NCBI GenBank assembly: GCA_016935335.1
Contig: JAFGRE010000129.1
Location: 3,403 to 67,402 of the forward strand
Direction of reading: 5' to 3'
Source: Deltaproteobacteria bacterium
GTDB lineage: Bacteria > Desulfobacterota > WTBG01 > JAGOGO01
DNA: 64,000 nucleotides
The translations under genes and the position numbers were made by a program. Positions 50,450 to 59,818 of the stretch are shown piece after piece (the stretch's first letter is position 1; every line of letters begins with the position of its first letter). The notes below the pieces were generated by a model, which saw nothing but the letters and a program-made list of their open reading frames with translations, did not search any database and had not been told where the DNA came from.

Positions 50450-52321
50450 TTGAGAAAAAAGGATAGTGTTTTTATGGACCAAACTGACTCCACTCTTCTT
50501 CCGGTGGAAGAAGAACTAAGAAACCGATTATCCCGTCTCATTAAGCTGCGATGGGTAGCGCTGGAGTGCATCGTCATTGCCATTCTGTTCACCGAGTACT
50601 CCCTCCGTATTCCTCTCCCCACAAAAGAACTCTACAGCATTACTTTAGGAATCTTCTTATACAATACCTTTTTTTTCTTATTTCTTCATACTATCGAAGA
50701 AAAGGGGTCCCCGGTATTAATTCCGCGATTTGCTTTAGTCCAGATCCTTGTCGATTGGTTGGCACTTACTCTCTTCATTCATTACACTGGCGGCATAGAA
50801 AGCCCGGTTATTCTTTTCTTTTTTTTCCATGCGATTCTCTCTATTATTTTACTTCCCACCCAACTCTTTTACTTTCTCTCCACCGTGGGTATCGCTCTGA
50901 TGACGGCCTTGGCGATTTTAGAATACCAGGGAACAATCAGCCATATTACCATTTCCGCATTCGTTTCCGGTCCACGCCATCAGAATCCGATGTTTGTTGT
51001 CGGCATGCTCTTCTTTTTTGCGACCGCTCTCTATGTGTCGACCTATCTTTCAACGGCGATTATTAAAAGATTACGCCTGCGGGACAAAGATCTTATCGAT
51101 CTATTGGAAGACAAAAGACGGGCTTTTGAACGGATTCAAACTCTATACGATTTGAGTTACAAAATGTCCTCAACCTTGGATATAACGGAGATATTAGATC
51201 TGGCGGCACGAGGAACCGTCGAAGTTCTCAATGTCAAAGGCTGTTCTATCAGTGTATTGGATCCTACGCGAAAAAAATATAAGGTAAGCGGAGCCTATGG
51301 TTTGAGCGATACCTATCTCCAGAAAGGTCAACTTGACGTAACAAAGAGTCTTCCTGATGTGCTGAAGGGGAAAGTGGTGTTTGTCCCCGACGTCACTAAC
51401 GATCCCAGACTTCAGTATCCCGAAGAGACCAAGCGGGAGGGGATAGCTTCAATCCTCGGAATTCCCTTGATATTCAAGGGGGAAGTGATCGGGTCCTTGA
51501 GAATACACTCCGCCGAACCGAAGAATTATACCAAGGAAGAACTCGAGTTTATCAATGCCATTGCTAACACGATGAGCCTAGCGATCGCCAACGCCATGGC
51601 TTATAACAAATTGATAGAGTTCGACAAAGCACGATCACGCTTTATGAATATGGTGGCCCATGAGATGAGGGCTCCGGTCGGAGCCATTCAGAATATGCTG
51701 CAAGTTATTCTCAATGGGTACGTGGGGGAAATCACCCCTAAACAACAAGAACTCCTTGGTCGTGCTGAGGCTCGAACCTATTCTTTCCTGGCTATGATAA
51801 ACGATCTTCTCGATCTGGGAAGTCACGAAGCCGAACTCGAAGTCTACACCTTCAGTGATGTATGCCTCCAAGATATCCTGAGCAAGGTTCTGGATTTCCT
51901 GGAAGTACAGATAAGGAATAAGAACCTCACAGTGAAGGTCGAAAAACCTGATGGCCCTCTCGTCGTGAGCGAGGTTGGCGACGATATGGAAAAACTGTTT
52001 ACCAATCTCATCGGAAACGCCATCAAATACTCTCCGTCGAACGGAACCGTTTCGGTCGGTATATCCGTTGACAACGGGATAATAAAAATCGTGATCGCTG
52101 ATACCGGCATCGGCATTATTCTGGAAGACATCCCGCATATTTTCGATGAGTTCTTTCGAGCGAAAAACGCTCGCTTGCTTGAAAAAGAGGGGACAGGCTT
52201 AGGACTCACCATCGTAAAGCGAATCGTAGACCGCTATGACGGCAAAATCTACGTGGACAGCGAACCTGAGAAGGGAACAACCTTCACAGTAATAATCCCC
52301 CAGAATAAATCTCAGCGTTGA
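50450..52321 (+). CDS. Membrane-bound sensor histidine kinase with GAF domain
   Basis: 623 aa. N-terminal polytopic membrane region (about 6 transmembrane helices), then a GAF domain. HisKA H-box MVAHEMRAP and HATPase_c N/G boxes (GNAIKYS, DTGIGI, GTGLGL) complete the kinase. Confidence 0.85.
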   Translation: MRKKDSVFMDQTDSTLLPVEEELRNRLSRLIKLRWVALECIVIAILFTEYSLRIPLPTKELYSITLGIFLYNTFFFLFLHTIEEKGSPVLIPRFALVQILVDWLALTLFIHYTGGIESPVILFFFFHAILSIILLPTQLFYFLSTVGIALMTALAILEYQGTISHITISAFVSGPRHQNPMFVVGMLFFFATALYVSTYLSTAIIKRLRLRDKDLIDLLEDKRRAFERIQTLYDLSYKMSSTLDITEILDLAARGTVEVLNVKGCSISVLDPTRKKYKVSGAYGLSDTYLQKGQLDVTKSLPDVLKGKVVFVPDVTNDPRLQYPEETKREGIASILGIPLIFKGEVIGSLRIHSAEPKNYTKEELEFINAIANTMSLAIANAMAYNKLIEFDKARSRFMNMVAHEMRAPVGAIQNMLQVILNGYVGEITPKQQELLGRAEARTYSFLAMINDLLDLGSHEAELEVYTFSDVCLQDILSKVLDFLEVQIRNKNLTVKVEKPDGPLVVSEVGDDMEKLFTNLIGNAIKYSPSNGTVSVGISVDNGIIKIVIADTGIGIILEDIPHIFDEFFRAKNARLLEKEGTGLGLTIVKRIVDRYDGKIYVDSEPEKGTTFTVIIPQNKSQR

Positions 52322-52391
52322 AGCGACATTCCCCTTCCCCTGCTTCCCAAGGCGCCAGAACTTTTTGACAAAATATTACGGTGGTATAAAC

Positions 52392-52997
52392 CTATTCTGG
52401 CGAAGCTTCCGCTGTCCGGGGAACAACCGCATCTTCTCCTGAAAGAAGCTCAACCAAGCAGTCAATGCTTCTTTTCACCCGCCGGGAAAAACCCTGCACA
52501 AAACCGACCCGCTCAGGTTGAATCGCCACCACCACGGTTTTGCTTCCGCTTTGTTCCCATAAGGTGAGAAGGCTCTTGAGAGGCAGCCGATGGGTAGAAC
52601 ATAAGAGGGATTTCGGAAGGTCTTGGACGCTCAGCACGGCGATGCTGCCCGGCTCAGCCTGAAGATCAACAGCGTCCACCGCAATAATCACCTTCGGTTT
52701 GAGATCCAGAATCCGTACGAACCAGTCTTCCGGCGATTCGCCCGCATCCACAAAGATCCGTTCCCCTTCCACAGGGAACTGCCCCACCTGCTTTTGCCAT
52801 CGTTCATTCAGTTGCCCGGCGACTTCGGGTCCGACCCCGTCATCCTCACGGAGCCGGTTGCCGATGCCGAGAACGACCACCCGTCCCGGATATCCTGGAT
52901 GAACGAGAGCGGCAAGCGATTCCAAGGTCAGCAGAGCGTCTTCCTTCCTGGTCATATTGGTCCAAATTTGGGAATTATACCTGACTCGAGCGAACAA
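52392..52997 (-). CDS. [NiFe] hydrogenase maturation endopeptidase (HycI/HyaD family)
   Basis: VVVLGIGNRLREDDGVGPEVA and IIAVDAVD motifs of the HycI/HybD protease family. The true start is probably the internal ATG at about 52955. Confidence 0.75.
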   Translation of the reverse strand: MFARVRYNSQIWTNMTRKEDALLTLESLAALVHPGYPGRVVVLGIGNRLREDDGVGPEVAGQLNERWQKQVGQFPVEGERIFVDAGESPEDWFVRILDLKPKVIIAVDAVDLQAEPGSIAVLSVQDLPKSLLCSTHRLPLKSLLTLWEQSGSKTVVVAIQPERVGFVQGFSRRVKRSIDCLVELLSGEDAVVPRTAEASPE

Positions 52998-53924
52998 CTA
53001 CCGGGGTACGCCCGACTCATGAGAAGCATCGAAAGGCGCAGAAAAAAGTCCGTATGACACCAGGAGGTCTTCAAATTCACGATAGTCATCCGCTGAGGCA
53101 GGAGCAAAGCCGGAAATTCTCAAACGTTCAAGGATAAAACGATGCGAAGCGTTCCCAAGGTCGAGTTGAAGTAAAGCGGTTTTCACGTTTCTCACCAGAT
53201 CCGAATCAGCATCCGGGAAGCTGACAAAGCACGGATTGGGATAATACTGCGTGATCGCAAGCACCGTAACGTTTGGCACCGCTCCCTTTGCTTTCGTAAG
53301 GGCCTGGAGAACGTCTTCTCGGACGAAGCCGACCTCCGCTTGACCCAACGCTATTTTCTCAAAGATCTCCTCTTGGGTATCTCCGAATATGAATTTCACA
53401 TCCCGTTCCGGTTCCAGACCGCATTCCTTAAGATGCATCCATTGAGCAAGAAATCCGCACACATTTGAACGAGAGGAAGCAAGAACCGACTTCCCTCGCA
53501 GGTCGTTAATTGATCCTATCGGACTTTTAGGATGGATGATGATCAAACCCCGGTATTCGGTTCGGCCATCAAGCGAGACTGCTTTAACCAGGGGGACCGC
53601 TCCGTACTGCATTTTGAGAATAAGGTAATAATACGGGTTCACCAGGGAAAGAGCAAACCGTTCCGTTTCCACAAGAGAAGTCAATGATTCCATTTCAGGC
53701 GGAGCACAGACCATATCCATTTCCCAGCTGGTTTCTTTCGTCAAATAATCCATCAGAAAAATAAACCGCGCCTCCATCATGAGGAAGGAAAACGGCCCCG
53801 GATGCACAAGGATTTTTGCTTTTCCGCGAACGGGTGAGATTGGCTCACAGCCGACTGACCCGAAAATCACCGCGGCAATGAGAATGCATAGAAGCAACTG
53901 GCAGGCAAATAAACACCTTCTCAT
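52998..53924 (-). CDS. Periplasmic substrate-binding lipoprotein (PhnD/SsuA-like PBP fold) encoded inside the hydrogenase operon
   Basis: 308 aa; signal peptide with lipobox (VIFGSVGC); PBP type 2-like pattern. Start overlaps the NuoB-like stop by 4 nt and the stop abuts the hycI start. Confidence 0.5.
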   Translation of the reverse strand: MRRCLFACQLLLCILIAAVIFGSVGCEPISPVRGKAKILVHPGPFSFLMMEARFIFLMDYLTKETSWEMDMVCAPPEMESLTSLVETERFALSLVNPYYYLILKMQYGAVPLVKAVSLDGRTEYRGLIIIHPKSPIGSINDLRGKSVLASSRSNVCGFLAQWMHLKECGLEPERDVKFIFGDTQEEIFEKIALGQAEVGFVREDVLQALTKAKGAVPNVTVLAITQYYPNPCFVSFPDADSDLVRNVKTALLQLDLGNASHRFILERLRISGFAPASADDYREFEDLLVSYGLFSAPFDASHESGVPR

Positions 53925-54430
53925 TTATATTCCCTTTGGGCTTGCTCGAATTTTTTCAGTATTTCTTCAGGATGGCTTTGGGTCATGGTTATGGGAGCAA
54001 CCTTTTTGGAAGCAAGACCCAACGCCACCGCAACGCCATAAAGAATTGCCTCCGGCCGGGGTGGGCAACCTGGGATGAAATAATCTACCGGAAGCACTGT
54101 ATCCAACCCACCCAGCGTGGCGTAACTGTCAAAAAATACGTTACCCCCGGTCGGGCAACTGCCGATTGCAAACACCAGCTTTGGATTGGGGACAGCTTCG
54201 TAAACCCGCCGAAGGGCCGGGGCTATCTGCCGGGTCACCGGTCCGGAGACCAAGAGCACGTCGGCATGGCGGGGAGAGCCAACCAACTTGATTCCGAATC
54301 GCTCAGCGTCATAATAAGGCGTAAGAACATTGATGACCTCAATGTCACAGCCGTTACAGGCGCCCGCATTGACATGGTATACCCACAGAGATTTAGGAAA
54401 TGCCTTTGCACACAGTTTCTTGAGCATCAT
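53921..54430 (-). CDS. Group 4 [NiFe] hydrogenase small subunit (NuoB/HycG/HyfI-like)
   Basis: 169 aa; proximal 4Fe-4S ligands CNGCD, GSCPTGG, PGCPP. Confidence 0.85.
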   Translation of the reverse strand: MMLKKLCAKAFPKSLWVYHVNAGACNGCDIEVINVLTPYYDAERFGIKLVGSPRHADVLLVSGPVTRQIAPALRRVYEAVPNPKLVFAIGSCPTGGNVFFDSYATLGGLDTVLPVDYFIPGCPPRPEAILYGVAVALGLASKKVAPITMTQSHPEEILKKFEQAQREYK

Positions 54431-54436
54431 TCCTCC

Positions 54437-55927
54437 CTACGGCATCGCTACCATAGAAAAAATCGCTTTGGTAGCTTCGTATAACAAGGGATACAATATT
54501 TGTGGAAACACGCCGATGACAACACACAATAACGACAGAATCACCATCCCTCCCCACATTGCCGGCGGCACCTCCGTTATCTTTTTTTTGCTTAGGTTCT
54601 GAGGCAACGCGCCCATAAAAACGTTATACGAGGCATGAATAAAGGCTGCCAAGGTCAGTATGGCAACGAGGACGGCAATCACCGTCGCCCAGGCATGGCC
54701 GGCTTTTACCCCGGCCAAGAACAGCGTAAATTCACTCATGAACCCGTTAAACAAGGGGATACCGCCCAAAGCCAACGCTGCCACAAAAAACGTCAATCCG
54801 GTAAGAGGCATTACCTTCCCCAACCCTCCCAGTTCGGAGATGCGACGACTCCCAGTTGCATAAATGACACCGCCGAAGCTAAAAAAGGCCAAGGCCTTCA
54901 TCAAGGAATGGTTGACAAGGTGAAAGAGGGCCCCGTAAATTCCCAGGTAGTTCCCGAGGCCAAGACCCATGATAATAAAACCGATGCTCACGACCGAACA
55001 GAATGCCAGAAGCCTTTTCATATCTTCCTGAAAAAACATCATCAGCACACCCACAATCATAGTAATAACACCTAAGATAAGAACGAGAGGGCTGATGACG
55101 GGATAAAAGGGATACAGTATCAAAACGGTGCGGATTATGGCATAGACCCCTACCTTGATCATCACGCCCGAGAGAAGAGCGCTTACAGGAGTAGGGGCTT
55201 CGGCATGAGCATCCGGCAGCCAGGTGTGGAAAGGAACAATCCCCGCCTTGGTTCCAAAGCCGGCCAGCAAAAGAACAACCGATAACAGAGCAATGCTCTT
55301 GGGAATTTTACCGGCCACCTTGGCAATCTCGGTGATCTTGAGAGGATCAAGGCCGCTGGGGATATGCGGCGAGGAGCCAGCATACAGGAGGACGCACCCA
55401 AAAAGTGCAAACGTAATTCCCACCGTGAGCAGCATTGCATATTTATATCCCGCTTCCAACGCATCCCGGTTCCAGTAGAAGGCAACCAGGATTACCGAAG
55501 CCAGGGTGGTCGCCTCAATAATCACCCACAGCAAGATAATATTGTTGGTAGTAGAGGCCCAGAGCATGGAAGCCAAAAACAGCATGATCCAGCCGTAGTA
55601 GGAATGAAACCGTTCGCGAGGGATAACACCTCGTTCCGTCTCTTTCCGTATGTAGGGCAGAGAATAAACGACCGCGATCACTCCGAGAAAGGCGACCATT
55701 CCGGCAATCAATCCTCCCAAGGCATCCACTCGGAATTCCTCGCGAAAGAGAGACAAAATTTCCCCTTGGGTCGTCTGAATCAGGATCTTGCAGGAGACGA
55801 CAAATGTCAGAGCGGATCCGATGACAGCGCTTCGTTCAGCAAAAAGCCGGGATCGTTTTCCGACGAGGAAAATCAAGACCCCGGTGAGAGCTGGTATTAA
55901 AAAAAGGTACAGTATCTCAAGATTCAT
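54437..55927 (-). CDS. Membrane antiporter-like subunit (NuoN/NuoM / HyfF-HyfD family)
   Basis: 496 aa, about 14 transmembrane helices; complex I ND2/4/5 family pattern. Confidence 0.8.
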   Translation of the reverse strand: MNLEILYLFLIPALTGVLIFLVGKRSRLFAERSAVIGSALTFVVSCKILIQTTQGEILSLFREEFRVDALGGLIAGMVAFLGVIAVVYSLPYIRKETERGVIPRERFHSYYGWIMLFLASMLWASTTNNIILLWVIIEATTLASVILVAFYWNRDALEAGYKYAMLLTVGITFALFGCVLLYAGSSPHIPSGLDPLKITEIAKVAGKIPKSIALLSVVLLLAGFGTKAGIVPFHTWLPDAHAEAPTPVSALLSGVMIKVGVYAIIRTVLILYPFYPVISPLVLILGVITMIVGVLMMFFQEDMKRLLAFCSVVSIGFIIMGLGLGNYLGIYGALFHLVNHSLMKALAFFSFGGVIYATGSRRISELGGLGKVMPLTGLTFFVAALALGGIPLFNGFMSEFTLFLAGVKAGHAWATVIAVLVAILTLAAFIHASYNVFMGALPQNLSKKKITEVPPAMWGGMVILSLLCVVIGVFPQILYPLLYEATKAIFSMVAMP

Positions 55928-55951
55928 TTTGAGAACTCCTTAGTGTCACCA

Positions 55952-56617
55952 TCACCACCGTAAGCCCTTAAGCTGAAAGGTGTCGGTGGAGCCGAATTTT
56001 TGGTATACGCCAAAAATCACGTAAAGAAGAAGGTAGACCGCAATCACTACATCAGTAACAATGCCGATGATAGCCGTCTCCTTTAAGAGTGGAGACAAGC
56101 TGACGAGCGAGAGATGAACACCGTTTTCCAGTATAAGAAGGCCGTGAACGGTTTTAATGGCATCCCGCCTCACGAGGATGCAGTAAAGACCCATGACAAA
56201 GATGGTGAGACTCACGGCCAAGTTTGTTCGAAACGGTTCTTCGCTGGCGGCGGGGGTGGGAGCAATGAACTCCCCATACTGATGCGTCAGTCGGTAGAAT
56301 ATAATGACAATGACACTGATCAACAAAATCGACCCCAGGTATCCAATCAGGGGAGGGAACTCTCGATTCGTCGTCCGACGGATGTACCGCAAGAGAAGGT
56401 AAGGAATTACAACTACCTTGGTAATAAAGGCGGTAATCGCCCAGTAGTAGAGACCGGGATTTTGGTTCGCAAAGGCCACGAAAAGACTGCACATCAAGAC
56501 GGCCTGAAGCATGTAAGCATAAGCGGAATAGCGGAGGTTCCTGAGTTCAATAACCAAATATGAAGTAATGATAAGGGAAAGGCTTATTGTGGGAATATAC
56601 ATTGTCAATTGTTCCAT
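55952..56617 (-). CDS. Hydrogenase-4 component E-like membrane subunit (HyfE family)
   Basis: 221 aa polytopic membrane protein in the conserved position of Hyf-type operons. Confidence 0.6.
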   Translation of the reverse strand: MEQLTMYIPTISLSLIITSYLVIELRNLRYSAYAYMLQAVLMCSLFVAFANQNPGLYYWAITAFITKVVVIPYLLLRYIRRTTNREFPPLIGYLGSILLISVIVIIFYRLTHQYGEFIAPTPAASEEPFRTNLAVSLTIFVMGLYCILVRRDAIKTVHGLLILENGVHLSLVSLSPLLKETAIIGIVTDVVIAVYLLLYVIFGVYQKFGSTDTFQLKGLRW

Positions 56618-56671
56618 ACCACTGTGCCCTTCTTTGTTGGAGCATCGAACAGCTTATGAGGTCAAGCCATT

Positions 56672-57121
56672 CTATTTCCCTTCGCTTTGATTTCTGAATC
56701 CGGTCACCATCATCTTATCCAAGGGGCTTGCGGGCTTAAAACAACGACCGCAGCGACCGCACGGACCCATATAGAGTTCGGTCCGAATGTAGAGATCATC
56801 ATTGAGATTGGTGGCAAGTTGGTATTCGCGCGTCATGGCAATCGCATCCTCGGGACACACCTCGGCACATCGACCACAATAAGTGCAGCGTTTAAGGAAA
56901 TACTCAATAATTCGCTGAGGACCATCGTCAGTAATTTCAATCAAGCGGGCCGGGCAGACATTGGCACAGCCGCCACAGCCGATGCACTTCTCCACATCAA
57001 CCGCTATCTTACCCCGATACCAATCGCCGGGGGGATGCGGCTCCGGACCCAAGGGAAAAGCGGCCGTGACTCTCCCTGCCTTCAGACAAATCAATGCTTC
57101 CTTCAGTTTGCTCATAAACAT
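56672..57121 (-). CDS. 2x[4Fe-4S] ferredoxin subunit (NuoI/HycF/HyfH-like)
   Basis: 149 aa; two CxxCxxCxxxCP motifs (CIGCGGCANVCP, CTYCGRCAEVCP). Confidence 0.85.
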   Translation of the reverse strand: MFMSKLKEALICLKAGRVTAAFPLGPEPHPPGDWYRGKIAVDVEKCIGCGGCANVCPARLIEITDDGPQRIIEYFLKRCTYCGRCAEVCPEDAIAMTREYQLATNLNDDLYIRTELYMGPCGRCGRCFKPASPLDKMMVTGFRNQSEGK

Positions 57122-57138
57122 GATGGTTCACCCTTTCT

Positions 57139-58044
57139 TTAAACCCCGATCAGGGCAAAGGCGATTGCGAAAACAAGCACAACCCAGATCCCGATAAAGT
57201 ACCGAACCGCTTGGTCAATACGTATTCGAGGATTAACAGCATCAATCACACCGACCAATGCAATCACCACTAAAACCTTGACAAGATTAATGAGGATGTC
57301 AACAGGGATGACGCCGGTTTTGGGCCAGGGAATAAATACTTCGAGAAAAAGTGACGCCAAGATGATCTGCTTGGCAAAGTAGCTCCATTTGTATAAAGCC
57401 AACGAAGGCCCCCCCGCCTCTATGAAAGGCCCTCCCATGATTTCCTGATCGGCGTCGGGTATGTCAAAGGGAAGTTTGCCAAGCTGAACCTGGAGAACCA
57501 AGAAGAAGGGGATTGCGGCAATCACCATGGAAAGAACGGGACCGCTTTCTCGATACCAGGAAGAGATATGCATGAGGTCAAAAGAGTGGCTGTGAATAAC
57601 AGCGACGATAAGGCTGCCGACGACAATAATCTCCACAACCATGGCGAGCATCATTTCTCGTGCCGTTCCTAAAGCGCCGTAAGGATTCCCGGTGGAGGTG
57701 CCGCCCAGCATGATCCCTACCGAGGCCAGCGCAAGGAAATAGACAAGGACGATCAGATCGCCGGCAAAGCCCAGGGGGGGGCTTGCTCCCATAGGGGTAA
57801 GGAGAGCGGCAACCAAGACGCTTCCGAAGGTGAGAACCGGCGCGAAAGAGAAAAGGGGATTACCTCCTACCTCAAGCCGCTCCTTGCCGAGCAGCTTGAG
57901 GAGGTCAAGATAAGGTTGCCGAAGCGGGGGCCCCTTGCGGGAATGTACGACTGCTTTAAGTTTTCGAATTACTCCTTCATAGAACGGCGCGACAATAATC
58001 ACGAGAAGGAGATTGACTATTGCGAGGGAAATAGTGGTCGTCAT
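57139..58044 (-). CDS. Membrane subunit NuoH/HycD/HyfC-like
   Basis: 301 aa; complex I subunit 1 family; 8 transmembrane helices; 4 nt overlap with the large subunit. Confidence 0.85.
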   Translation of the reverse strand: MTTTISLAIVNLLLVIIVAPFYEGVIRKLKAVVHSRKGPPLRQPYLDLLKLLGKERLEVGGNPLFSFAPVLTFGSVLVAALLTPMGASPPLGFAGDLIVLVYFLALASVGIMLGGTSTGNPYGALGTAREMMLAMVVEIIVVGSLIVAVIHSHSFDLMHISSWYRESGPVLSMVIAAIPFFLVLQVQLGKLPFDIPDADQEIMGGPFIEAGGPSLALYKWSYFAKQIILASLFLEVFIPWPKTGVIPVDILINLVKVLVVIALVGVIDAVNPRIRIDQAVRYFIGIWVVLVFAIAFALIGV

Positions 58045-59732
58045 TTTCTGTTTATCGTTTTCTCCCGGCTCAGTTCCGTTAATTCTTCATTGGTATAAAT
58101 CCGGATTGCGCCTCTTTTCCGATCCACCACCTCCAGCCGTTCGGTACAGGAGAAGCAGGGATCGTAACTCGCTATCGATATGGGCACGTCAGCCAGTTCC
58201 TGCCCCATGATCATGGCCGGCACCGAAGCCAGATTCATGTAACTGGGCGCTCGGACCTTCCATCGATAGGGGCGGTTGTTTTCTCCCGTAAGAACATAGT
58301 GGACCGATTCTCCCCGAGGGGCCTCTACAACCCGTACGCCCTCCTTTCCCGGGGGAATCTCTTCGGGGATGTTTGCCATAATCGATCCGTCGGGGAGTTC
58401 TTGAACCCCCTGACGGACTAGACGAATCGATTCCAGTGTCTCCTCCAGGCGAACAAGAGTCCGGGCCAGGTTATCGCACCCCTTCTGGACTTTCTTTTCC
58501 GGAACCAGATAATCATACGCACAGTAAGGATGATCAACCCGCGAATCAATCGCCACGCCGGAACCTCGGGCGGTCGGCCCGGTGACACAATAGTCCACAG
58601 CATCAGCATGGGAGAGCACTCCGACGCCCTCAAGGCGCATCATGAGGGGAGTATCTCCTTGAATTGCGTCGATGACCTTGAGCCACTCTTTTTCAATCCG
58701 ATCAACCACCTCCAGGATCTTTGGTTTCTGCGCAGCAGTAATATCCCGGCGCACACCGCCGATCAAGTTCATGCCGTAAGTTTTCCGATTCCCGGTAATT
58801 TCCTCACAAAGCCACATAACCGGCTCTCGAATGCGCCAGGTCTGCATCAACACGGTATCGAATCCCAGGACATGACCGCCTATTCCCAACCAAAGGAGAT
58901 GAGAGTGAATCCGCTCCAGTTCGAGCAGAACGCTTCGAATATATCTCGCTCGGATGGGAACCTCAATTTCAGCAGCTTCTTCTATGGCCTCACAGTAACA
59001 CGTACTGTGTATATATCCTCATATGCCTCATATGCGCTCGGCCAGAAATGAGGTTTGATTGTAGGTGAGGGCTGAATCCCCTATTTTTTCAATACCCCGA
59101 TGGCTGTAGAAGCCACGATAATCACAACCGACGACGGTCTCCCCTTCTACAAATACACGAAAGACCGCCGGTTCCTCCAGGACCGGGAAGAACGGCCCAA
59201 TGGGAATCACCGTGGCGTTCTCCGGCGGGGCAAGCGGTTTCGGCGCAAGCCCTTCCACGGGCTCAGGACGACGGTCATAGGAGAAATCCTTCCGCAAAGG
59301 ATAGACATTGTCCGGCCAATCATCCGGAAGAATCAAACGGCGCGGATCAATGTGACCATTAAAGGTGATACCAACCAGATCCCGAACTTCCCGCTCGATC
59401 CAATTAGCTCCGGGGATTATCGGGGTCAGGGAGTCAATCTCGGGAGTATCCTTATCCAACGATGCTTGAAGCAACAGAAAAATCCTCTCCGCATCGAAGG
59501 AAAAGATATACGTCGTCTGAAAGTCCCGATGCGTAGGCCGTCGATCAACCCCGACGATGGTATTAAATCGAGCCCCCATCCCCCGGAACAGATATTCCGC
59601 CAATGTTCGAATGCGTTCGCGACGGATGTCCGCATAAATAGTCCGGGGCACCGGCTCCCGGGCGGAGATAATATCCGTCGGGAACTTGGCCTTCAGATCA
59701 TCGATCAAACTCCTGCCGATCTCAAAAACCAT
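58041..59732 (-). CDS. Fused NuoC/NuoD-like [NiFe] hydrogenase large subunit (HycE/HyfG-like) with two in-frame TGA codons, putative selenocysteines, at both Cys positions of the N-terminal RxCGxC Ni-binding motif
   Basis: ORF-track ORFs 59028..59732 and 58041..58889 are in the same frame; only two TGA codons lie between them. Minus-strand codons 59030-59028 and 59021-59019 read AERI-TGA-GI-TGA-GYIHSTCYCEAIEEAAEIEVP, which aligns with the HycE-type AERICGICGxxHSTAYC motif. C-terminal Ni ligands DPCFSC are intact. NuoC-like domain sits at the N-terminus. AAGGAGAG ribosome-binding site before the ATG at 59732. Confidence 0.6.
58991..59009 (-). other. Candidate bacterial SECIS-like hairpin downstream of the two UGA codons
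   Basis: mRNA CACAGUA-CGUGU-UACUGUG: 7 bp perfect stem, 5 nt loop containing GU. It begins 9 nt after the second UGA and 18 nt after the first, a spacing compatible with SelB-dependent decoding. Confidence 0.4.
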
Positions 59733-59818
59733 TGTGTACTCTCCTTTTTTTTAGGGGCCTCTCTAAGTACCAAGCCATTGGTTACCTTTTACTCCTTCCA
59801 TGGGTGTTGAACATTTGT

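Noticed and set aside
58890-59027. The break between ORF-track ORFs 58041..58889 and 59028..59732 as a frameshift or pseudogenised large-subunit gene
   Set aside because: The two ORFs are in the same frame and are separated only by two TGA codons. These fall precisely on the two Cys ligand positions of the RxCGxC motif, and a hairpin follows them. The rest of the gene and operon is intact. Selenocysteine read-through is the more parsimonious reading. A pseudogene remains the alternative, since TGC/TGT to TGA is a single substitution each.
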